This document shows positions 39,001 to 51,000 of a stretch of DNA of 64,000 nucleotides, in pieces. Under the pieces are notes generated by a model. It was not told the origin of the DNA. It saw only the letters and a program-made list of their open reading frames with translations, and did not search any database. The stretch covers positions 7,368,201-7,432,200 of the forward strand of contig NC_092670.1 in NCBI RefSeq assembly GCF_964355755.1, in the 5' to 3' direction. The DNA comes from Antedon mediterranea (Eukaryota; Animalia; Echinodermata). Position 1 is the first letter of the stretch. Each line of letters starts with the position of its first letter. The translations under genes and the position numbers were made by a program.

Positions 39001-42000
39001 TTGAGAAATCACCTATAGTATTGAAAATTTATTTTCTATGTATATGACAAATAGTATTGCACAACATGCGAGGACCAGTTACTTATTTGTATGTGCAAGT
39101 ATTTTGAAATTCAATATTACAAACTATATATGCTGCTAATGTACATTCACCTGGATTTTGTACTGTAGTGCAACTACAGCAAATGCATAGCTAATGTACT
39201 GTTGAAGTGGCTTGTATTCAAATAGAAAGATAAATATTTAGGTAGCTAAATACCTGGAATGAGGAGACTGCTAGAGCTGATAGGCCATCTACATAGGGAC
39301 CGTAAATCTTATGCTCTCGTACACGAAGACCTTGCTTCCTATGATGAAGATAATTAAACATTAGATATTGTGAAACCAACCATATAGATTGCTATTGAAG
39401 AAAAATGAGCTGGAAAAACTGTAATATTAAATAATATTGAACAGTTACAGTATTATTCTAAACAATCTCACTTTAAATCATTTGGAAAATTAAATTTCAT
39501 AAACGTTTTTAAATTGTGTATTGTTATAATGGGTTTGATTGGTGATATTACAAATGGACTGATGGGCTAGACCTTACGGTGTACAGTACAGTACTTTTTG
39601 CAGGCAATGTATTGTAGATTGGGGATGTACTGTAAGACAATTGGCACCAACATGTAACTAAGGAAAACAAAAATACTCACCCTCTCGGATCTAGTAAATC
39701 GCGTACTTTCTCATTGTATATTTCAATATAAGAAACCTCAACTTTAAATGATAAAGAATCGTTTGTGTCTTCCTCTAGAATTCTTTCAAACAACGTGTCA
39801 CATAGCCTTGGAGTTAGGCCCTTGTTGTCTTCTGTTCCCATCATAGTGAACGATTTACCAGAGCCTAGATGGATAAAAATAATAATAATAATGTCACAAA
39901 ATCATGTGGGAATGTAGTATAAAGTTAGTTAAAAAATGATACTAGATGTGTGTGGCACTTTCCTACGCATTCACAGTGGAGCTGTCGCTTGGTGGTTGAA
40001 ACATGCTTGCCTTTAAATCCCAAGGTCTATGGTTCAATTATGGGTTGTAAACTTATAAATCCATTCCCTACTGTACCTCAAATGAGACTTGGTTTAAGCA
40101 TGATAAATTATAAAATAGTTTTATCCATCTTATATAATAAAAAGTTGCTCTCTGTTGGACGCGTATAAAATATATAATACACAGCGCCCTATTTCTTACT
40201 TACTTAACTGCCGATCCCTTTCTTTCCAGTCAAAACATTTACTTTACATAATGTTTCATACCTGTTTGTCCATATGCAAATATGCATGCATTATATCCCT
40301 CAAATGAGTTGTCCAATAGGTCCAGTCCCAGACACTCAAACACTTTACTTTGTCCTGAAATATGAAAAGGAACACTCATATTCGTACTCGCACTTTGGTG
40401 CAATTTCTTTTCAATGGCAGACCTATTGTAGGATGCAATGAGGTATTGCTATGGTGTTCAGACTATAATATACTGCTTCTCCGGGTTCATTTTTAAGTTA
40501 TTTTAAGTTATATTTTAAATTGTTCATTTTATTCTCATTCTCGACTTTGGTATAAATATTGTGCTCTTTTACAACTGCAAATTATCATTTTCAAAAATGT
40601 TTGAAACGAAATCGTAGCCAGTTTGTACATTATTTTGCAGTGAGTTACAACTAAACTCCCTGGTATGTTGTCTATATAGTTGCCATTTACTGTAGTGTTG
40701 ATATGGCAAATCCCATGACATACGAAAGTTTGAATCAACTATAATAGCGAGTATAATCTAGGATTATACAACAAATTATCCATTACTAGAGAGTTTAACT
40801 GATACAAAGAACTAAACAGTTATACAGTATTGATGTCACCTTGCTTTTATTTGACCATCTAAAATAGAAACTGCCAGGATTTCACACACTCACACAAACC
40901 TTTATTTTAATTGTCCACAAAATAATGTGATCTGATTTGTATTATATTTTACAGCCTATATGGTATAGTATATATGGTGGTCAATCAAAGAAAAACAAAT
41001 TAAAAGTTGAAATGTTTAAGGCACATTTTTTATAGTAAAAAGAACTAGAGAACTGTAGCAGACAAGTAACCATGTTTCAATTGAAGCCCATACTACTGTA
41101 CTACTATAGTATTACTGTAATTCATATTCTACAATTGCACTAAGCACTAGATAGCTCCTAATACTGGTTTTACTACTTCATTTGTAATTTCTAATGACAA
41201 CATTTTATATAATTTCAGCAAATTATTCATGATTTTTTGTCACAAATGATTACACCATGAGTCATAGGTTAATATAATTACAGGTATAGTGTACTACTAT
41301 AGTTCATTCTCATAAAAAAAATGACAATGAAAAATTAGACACACTGTATGTGGTTCACATAACGTATTACACAATGAGCTCTACACAAGATTGTCTAAAA
41401 ACACGCTTTTAGTAATAAATATCTTGCAAAACGGAAATCATAAATACTACAAGCTTTGGGCTTATACATTTCAGGTCATTTAATATCATACGAGAATTGA
41501 ACAATGCATAGTCAATATTCACTGGCGTTGTAATGTGCTGGCAATTTTATAAATGGGCAAAATTACTGTATATTTTAAGTATCACTTTGATGGGTATATT
41601 TGTGCACACAAATTGCGCAGGTTATGTAATGGTAGAGTCTATTTAATTTTTGATTTTTGATTTTTGAAACTATATGGCCTAGCTGGCACAAATTGGATTT
41701 TGCAATGTACTGTTCAGAACATTTTGTAAACCTTAGGCCTTCAATTAAGTACTTTTAATATCACCAAAATGCAATGTACAGCAATCACCAGGAAGATTGC
41801 TTTGAAGGTCTGACCCATTCAAACACTCTATCATACAATTGATTCCAAGACACTATTGTTTCCTGTATTGGTATCTTTCCTTCCTTCTTTCTATGAGTAT
41901 TCCTGAATCTCGGAAACCATTCCAAACTACAGTACAGGGATACTCAACAGTGGTAGAATTTATAACTGCAGATGATTTACAATTCACAAAGCATTTTAAT

Positions 42001-45000
42001 AAAACAATTTCATTTTTTTTATTTTAAATTTATTTTATTTAAACTGCAGTGCAAACCTTAACATATTAATTAAAGATATTAAAATTATCATTTCTATAGC
42101 GCCTTTACGAAGATCAAAGGGGTTTACAAGGACTAATGGTGAACATTGACTTAAAAAAAGAGATTTTAAGAGTTTTTAAGAATGTCACTGATGGTGAATT
42201 GCGTATAGGTTTACTAAGGTTATTCCGCATAGTCAGGCCAAGATTTGAAAACGAATGTTCACAAAATTATTTTTGAGACTAGTTTTTGTTTATAATTTTA
42301 CCAAAGTAATTCACGCAAGTAACCTGTAGACAGGCGCAAGGTAATTTACACAATTTTTTAAACTTGAACCCAAATGTTAATGTACTGTATTTTTAATATT
42401 TAAATATAAATACAGTGAATCCGTTACTTCTAAAATTCTATAGTTATATGGAAACTGTAACAAAACATCAGGACATTGAACACTGTAGAATGAGGATAAT
42501 TTATCCAATGTCATCTAATTATTAAATATGTTAATTATAGTATTGAAATGATGGACTCATAAACAACTTTTATTGTCATCAGATTAGCTTTGATGAATCA
42601 TCATAATACGTGATGTTTGTGATGAAAAAAGGCAATTTAATCATGAAATTATCTTTCTCAAAAATTCATAAATCTTTAATCAATAAAATATGTTTAAAAA
42701 ATAGATAATTTTGCATACCATTTTAAAATCAATAAACATGATAAGGTTTTGAATATATTATTTAAAAAAAAAAAGATTTTATATAAACCATTAAGGAAAC
42801 ATTTTTAAAAATTAAGATAATATAATGTACAGTACTATACTAGGTATGGTAGAACTATGTGTTTTGTATGTCTTTTTCCATTACATCTTTTTCCATTATG
42901 TACTCTGTCAGACATGCCAAAGGCAATTACAGATAGACCTTTAGTGTTCAATACATAAAAATCATTTCCAAGGATTGTCATACAGTAGATTATACAAATA
43001 AATGACGTCATAGAAAGAATCTTTGTATTACGGTAATACATTATAACTTTGTGATTGGAATTACTATCGTCATCACAATCAATAAATTCAATATGGTTTG
43101 GAAGAGTAAAATGAATAATACTGTGTCATAGAGAATATGTTAGAAATAAGTATGGGCATCCTTGTCAACATTGTCTGTGTTGAAAAAAAATATCTTATTT
43201 TCTCACATAGTTGACAATGCTGTCAAACTGTAGATTAAACATTAAATCTGCCAACATACTTTGCAACAATTCTTTTTAAAAGCATGAGTACATTTTGGTA
43301 TTTGAGGTACACATAAAAATGTTGCCATGTTATCCTGTTGTGTATAACTGTAGACTTATATCCTTTTCACACTGCGTTTAAAATTGTTACCACTTGTTAC
43401 AAGTTGTAACCAGGTTTGATCTCCCAAAGACATGTTTTCACACACGCAATTCAGGCAATAATTTCGCCAGTGTAGCATACTGTAGCAAAACAACAAAACA
43501 ACCTTTTTGCTACAGATTTTTAAATTTGTGTAGCAAAAAATACAATACAAAACTATGTTTCTCGACACAAAAATCAGTTTGATTAGCAATATTGCTAAAC
43601 AAAATTTTAAAATGAAATTTTCCCCTGCGCATACACGAACCTTGTAATATCGCGGGAGGACAGAATAGCAATTGAATTGCAATACACGTGACCACAGTAA
43701 AAGAATGCGGAACATTTCGTAACAAACACAGGCCTCTTGTTCGGTGTGTTTTTCTTCCGAAATTTCACAAGGGACCCTGGTAAAATCTCTGGACCCCTGT
43801 GAAATCTCGGGAGATTTTCCACAAAATTGTCTTCACACTATGCAAACCTGGTTACAACTTGTTACAAATTATTACATTTTGTAGACAATACAATTTTCTC
43901 ATGCTTTCGATAGCAGTGCACAATTCTGCAGTACTATCCAACCAAACTAAATTATATTTTGTAACCATCCACGGTTGTGCATAGACAATAAATAATTAAT
44001 TCTCTGATGACTGCAATGCAAAACAATGATTGTAAAACAAAAATAGTTCCTACACAGATTGGTTGTGAATAATTATAAGGAAGTAATAATTCTGTATCAC
44101 ACAAATCTTTGCTTCTATTTCAACAAAATTGACCTTCGACCTGACTCATAGCAAATTATTTATTTAGTATACAATTCTTTATTTTTACAGTAAATTTAAC
44201 TGTTGTTAAAAATAGGAATAATAGGAATTTAAAATGATACTGTATTGAAAATACCATAGTAATTAACATACTCTTCATTTAAACGTTTAAGTGAGCAAAC
44301 AAGTAAAGGGCTTACAGTACAAAAAAAAATGTTATGGCATATGGGAAAGGGGAGATTCTTAGGAACAATTAAATCTTTCAGGGAAAAAAAATATGAAAAT
44401 TTTCTTTCTCTGAACCAAAGATATATTCTATTTTATTTGGCCTTAGTCTTTCCTTTTTGATTATACTTAATTACAGAATGTAGACCACTTCAAATGGCAG
44501 AGCTTGTATTGTAAAGCACTTACTGTACTGTACAGTAAATTCACCAAGGACTTGAATACACACAGACATGTATAGGTCAGATAGGAACTCCACAAAACAA
44601 AATTCTCAATTTAGAAGATATTTACAATTATGGCAACTGTACATAATTCAAAATACAGAACTCGAAACATGATATTGTAGTTGTTTAATTTAGTTGTTAT
44701 TTTCATTTATTTTAAAATTGTTTTAAATTCAAAATCTTAGTAAAGAAGTGTCTTAAATCAACTTCTCATGCACATGTTTCAATAACTTGTTCCTACAGGT
44801 AATGTCTTTCTGCAATCCTTTGCAGGCAAATTAACTATACAGTCTGAACCTACCTGAAAAATTTGGGCTATTGTCTTCCATAGAACAAAAACAATGATCA
44901 TAATTAAAAGTCTGTAAACAAAAAACATGATCAAATTAGTAATTTCTTTATGGCTTTTTCTTTATTTCTCAAGTAACATTTCATAAAATTGTCAGTTATC

Positions 45001-48000
45001 ATTGTATCAACAAATGTTCACTTTTGTTTGAGAAGCATGGGATTTAAGAAAAGGCTATCATGAAAGGTACAGCTGTATAGAGACAACAATTTAACCAGTC
45101 CATCTCATTTGGGGCAAAGTCCAATTGGAAAACACAAATCTATTTTCGCATTCAACCATGCAAGTGAAACAGAACCAGATCTCAATTGTAGTTTGTACGC
45201 ACTTTTTTGATCAATGACCTACAGTACGCCTTCCTAATTTATAGACAAAATATCTTTTAATGCAAAGTTCCTAAAACAATGGGTATTGTGGATGGGATGT
45301 TTTTGAGGAACTTTTATTCATTTAAACTTGAGTAGACTTTTAATATTTATTTAGTGATACAAATAGACACTCACCTTTTTCGATTTGCTGTTGAAAGTCA
45401 ATGGCAGGTCAATGGAAACAGGAAATGAAAAAAAAAATACATAAAATGTAATACAAAACTGTGAATTAAATCATTAATATATTCTAGTTCATGTTTACGA
45501 AAATAGAATATGAATTTTTAAAAAAAATATTTAAAATGTGTTATTTTATTTATACTGCAGTATGTGATGTAGCATTAATTGACGAATGTGTTAAAATAAA
45601 GCAGTGACAAGATTACAGTGGTAGATACTGTAAGGTACTGATGACTTTCTACTTTCAACACAAGGTTCCTGGTTCAAATCATCTATTTTAAGCCACTGGG
45701 CCTACAGTACTAAAGCCAAACTCTACTCGCACCTAAATCCGGGACCACTCCCGGGGGGTTTTAACTTGATAACAGTACATCTTTAAAAAGTCTGATTTGC
45801 TAGCACTTCTGTTCATCCTTGGCATGGTGGAACATTACTACTGTAGTTCTCAGTAGTACAAACATGCAACTGAGATCAAATTGATAAACCATGAACTCAC
45901 AAGAGAATGAACTGTATTTACAGTAATAGTAGATGAAGAGATTTTTCTCTTTGGCATGTATGGTGGATGGGCACTATTTATTACCGGTAAGTATGGAGAA
46001 CGTGGGGGGATGACTTCAAACTGCTAGTAGACTGGAGTATAGTAAATTAGTCTGCAATTATGTCTTTAGGCATGATGTACAGTACACCAGTTTTTAAAAG
46101 ATCATAATTTACAATTTTCATATAATCTCATGTCTAATCATATTCATAATATAAGTACTGTATAGTATTACTACTGAGTAAAAAGAAAATATTTAAATTA
46201 GCTATCTGATTATGCAAACCTTACAGTAGATCAATAGTAGATTATCATGTTTAAACTGAGGTTATCCCCAATGATGTACATCAGTACCTAACTGTATCAT
46301 TCATAGATAAATTACACTAGGGTAACTAAATAAAACAGATAACACTCAATATGTAGTTAGTGTGTAAATTTAATTTTGGAGACTGAAATCAAGTCAGGGT
46401 TATGGATTCTGCTGCATAACACCGAATAATCAATTTTGTTTCTGTATTTTTTTTTTCTTTTTACTACAGGTCATCTATGTGGCAATGCATTCTATCTAGC
46501 TGTTGAAAAACCAGTTTGACCTCATCAATATCACTATGCATACAAAAACTAGCGACATATGAATTGACCATTCGCTTTTATTATATTGTAACCTAAAACA
46601 TATTCCTGTCCACCTTATTATACTGTATCACTATCACCTTAACTTATTACTTGATTGTGATAATCTCGACGCCTTCTTTCCTCTGAAAAATTAGTGTTCT
46701 TCTTCATGTTTCCATATTAAGATAAACATCTGATGGAGGCCCTTTTTTCTCTTTTTAATTAATCTTTCATCATGGAGTTATAAAATGTTATTTTCAAATG
46801 TTGTTTCACACTTGAACAACTCTCTCACTTTATAAAAAATTTACTCACTATCAATTCTTTTCAAATAAATTTTTAAATGTACAGTATTTGTTCAGCAAGA
46901 CAAAAATCATTTTTATTTTTTATTGGCGCAATACAAATGTTTGTATTACTACAGTATTATTTATAATAAACTGACTGACCAGTGACAAGGTTTGAATAAA
47001 GTAATTTGGTACTAGATGTACTGTATAAAGTACAATAGGTGTCTAAGACATCCCCATGGCCTCTATTTTGATTGGTTAATGAATCAAATTAGCCAGAAGC
47101 ATTTAGAGAACTGTGTAAATGTACTAACTGTATTTAATCTTAAAACAAACATCTAATGTAAATCTAAGAAACGTTTGTACAGATACAGTATTTAGAAGGT
47201 TGAACACATTTTGGGGAAAAGATGGTGTTCAATGGGTTGGGTGTATTATTACATGACTGATTTGTATTAGCTGCTAAATTGTGTTGTTATTTAATATTAA
47301 ATTTGAATTTCCTACTGTATTAATAATAACATGGTTTAATTGTCCTAATAATAATAGCAATACCACACAATTGTTTAAAAAGTTGTATGGATTACACTGT
47401 ATGTATCATGGGGGACCTGTATACCATATTTTTTAAGGTAATATGGAAACCAAAACAGGGATGTTTTTTTTATTATCATCATGTACAGTAATTTTAAATA
47501 TTATTCTTTAAATTGTAAAAAGTCCTGCAAAATGGAGGCGAGTACTGTAGACCAAGTGTTTTTGTTTTCTGTCAACTCATCTCTTTTAACTCAATCAGCA
47601 TGTACAGTATTTTCACATTTTGTTTTAATAACCAACTAACAACTACCGGTAGTAGTAGTAGAAGTTCTACTAATATTTAAAGCAAAGTCTTCTAAACATA
47701 CATAAACAGGTTTGGGAACAGACTGTCGTACAGTAAGCTTTCTTATATAACTTTTATGTGAATGTTGGGTTATGGACATCAGTTCAGTATTGTATTTGGA
47801 TTTCAATCTATGTTTTTATCTATTAATTTGTTGCTGAAAGCGCTTTACAAGTTAATAACACCAACTAACCACAGGGCATAATTTTACCTGTCACATTTAA
47901 TCAGTCCATCTTACTGAGCACCAAAGGAACACAACAATATTCAGTTATGATATTAAGATTTTATAGGCCAGGGTAAATTTTAGGGTAACATTAAACAATA

Positions 48001-51000
48001 ACAAATTATACACACAAATTTGTGTAATTAATATAAATTGTTTATCTTTTAATCTTAAATCAAAATCTATTTTTGGCCACATGAAAAAAATGTGCAGAAA
48101 TAATGTTTTATATAATTATTATTAAATTCTAAAAGTCTATTCGTTAATTAGGCACATCAGAATGCTGAAAATTGACTTGTTTCTATTTTTTGCGAATTGA
48201 AAAACTGCACAACCAATCGTATCTTAGGAAATAAGTCCTGACGTCCTGAATCGAAAATCGCAGCTATTTTCTTGTAAAAGGGTAGTGCAATGTTTTTTCT
48301 CTGCTGAACATTGGATTCGTGAAAATAAATTTGCCTAGTGGAAAACATGCTTTAGTATTCAACCTCTAGTAGTAGATCAACAATGGTGTCTAATCTGATT
48401 ATCATTCTACATGCCAATTATAATCAACAAACAATACATAATCACATGTACATATAGTGAACTATAGGTGCTTAGCCAGCGTGAATATTCATAATTCAAT
48501 ATTATTATTTCTAACTGCACTGATTCTTTGCAATCACACAGTTATAACTCTCTGTTTTCATATCCTGTTTAAAATCACATCAATAATGTAACAACATACA
48601 GTAGTAATTTTTTAGTTAAAATATTAAATATTTTTATCAATATTCGACGTATTCAAATATAATTTTAATATCATTTATTTTATTTTCTTTAGTTATTTAT
48701 TATAAAGCCGGCGTTAGATCTCATGACATTGGCGTTGATGCAATTGTACGGTTCATTACTATCAATCAATGTAGTCATATTTGCATCATAATAGAATAGG
48801 CCCAGATGTATGGAAAGTAAACAAAGAGTGAGAGTGGACATATTATGCATGATTTGATTCATAAATATACATTTCACCACACAGTGTTGTCCTAGTTATT
48901 TGTTATTACTTTCAGTGTTCACATAATAATAGTAGTACTAGTATAGTAGTGTTCTCTAAAATAAGAAGAGTCCTTCTCAAAAGAATGCAAATTATTTAAG
49001 GGCCAGTGATGTGTCTGTACTTCCAATAAGAACCAAGCCCTGGCCCACTCAAAGGTTCAGGTAAATTTTAAAGGCCCATGTACAGTAGGATGGTCAAGCT
49101 GCATTCACGACTTCTTTATTAAAATAATGATACTTCAATCAAGTGTTTAGTTGCCATCCTCTAAAGAATGGGTACCAAAAAAGGTCTGCAATAAAGATAT
49201 TATGTGTGCCTCTCACAAAAATGCCTACTGTTTAGTGACTGTTAGTAATATATGGTCAAATCTCCCAATACCATTTTACCAGACTCTCTGGAAACCAGAA
49301 ACTCTCCCAATTACCAGATTTTTCTTGAAGTACAGTAGTCGAACAGTCCCAAATTCATTTTTACCAATAAAAATGCATTCCGAATACCAGACTTTTTCTG
49401 AAACCCATTTCATATTTGGCCAGCCCAAAGGAGTCCGCTATTGGCAGAGCTGACTGTAGTATAATGCGAGTACAGTTTAGTTGCATACGTAGTTAGTAAA
49501 TATGGACTAGCAACTTTACAGGGCCGAGATACTAAACTACCAGTTGTATCCTGTATGCAATACTGTTTTGTAAACAATTTTATCTCCACAATGATAAATC
49601 CAGCAATTAGTATTGGCCTTATCACATAAGTCTGCAACATTGATATACAGTAGGTACAGTAATGTATATTATGTACAGTAGAAAGGAATGGTATTGACTA
49701 CAGTGGATTGTAAGACATCAAAACCAAGTGTTGCGGATGATTGAGTTTTTTTAATTTTAAATGTGTTTTACCATAAGGGTTTACTTTTTGTGTGTCTAAA
49801 GTTGTTTTTAATAAGATGGCACAGTCTTGCAGGATTTGTCAACGGGAAGGGTGGGTTATTCTGAGTATTTGGACAGTACAGTGGGAAACACATGGTTGCG
49901 GATGCCAAGAAGAACAAAAGAAAAAAAAACTATATCACTCTAACTAACGTTCAATAAAATGTCAGTACTAAAGACATGTGTGATGTAATTTTTTCAAAAC
50001 AATAACAATACTAAGTCTGTATTGTAATCCAAAAGTTGCCCGAGAATCTATGTTTTATGCTACACATTGTTTGATGACAAGCAATCATACATTGATGAGA
50101 GAGGAACTGGCTGTCACAATGGCAGATAGGAAGTTATGGAGGAATCTAGTAATACAAGTTCAGGTACTGTATGTCCCGGACTAAGTAAGTAAGTTTGATG
50201 ATAAAGAGGATGTTTAAGTGATGATAATTTAGACTTGTGTGATACTATAGTGATGGTCACAATGGCAGATAGGAAGTTATGGAGGAATCTAGTAATACAA
50301 GTTCAGGTATGTCCCGGACTAAGTAAGTAAGTTTGATGATAAAGAGGATGTTTAAGTGATGATAATTTAGACTTGTGTGATACTATAGTGATGAGAAAAC
50401 GAAATTGGTATTGCTGATTTTATAATTTAATAATAAAAAAATGCCAGTAATAATAAAAACAATGAATGAAATATAATTTGTTCGGTTCCAACATCACTGA
50501 CACTTACCGGTCTGACCCTTTTCCTGAAAACGGCAATAAGTATGTAGTATTTCCTTCCATTTCGACACAACATTTTGTTCCAAGGCTTATCTCTGTAGAA
50601 AATACAATTTAATTAAATACAATATTTCTGCAATTTCGAAATATGTCTTTAGAAATAGGAAACTCCAGATGGTATAGAGAGAAAAAAATTGTGCAGTTTG
50701 TCAGAGCTCAGGAAATGAAAACAAAAATTAAAATTGAGCACTAGATCTTGTAATAGAAAACAAAGGACGTAAAACAACTGCAGGATTTGTGTAAATATGT
50801 AAATTTGCCTACAGTAGTACAGTATAAGAACAACTTTTTGCAGTTGCTTAAAATGTATATTTTACAGAACAGAATTTACTGTAGGTGTAAACTGGGTTAT
50901 GATTGGTTGGTTAAACTTTTGCAGGAATCTAACAAGTTTAAGACCTGAAGTTGGCTTCTGGTTTTTGGTAAACTACAGTATTTTGTAATAATTGTGAATG

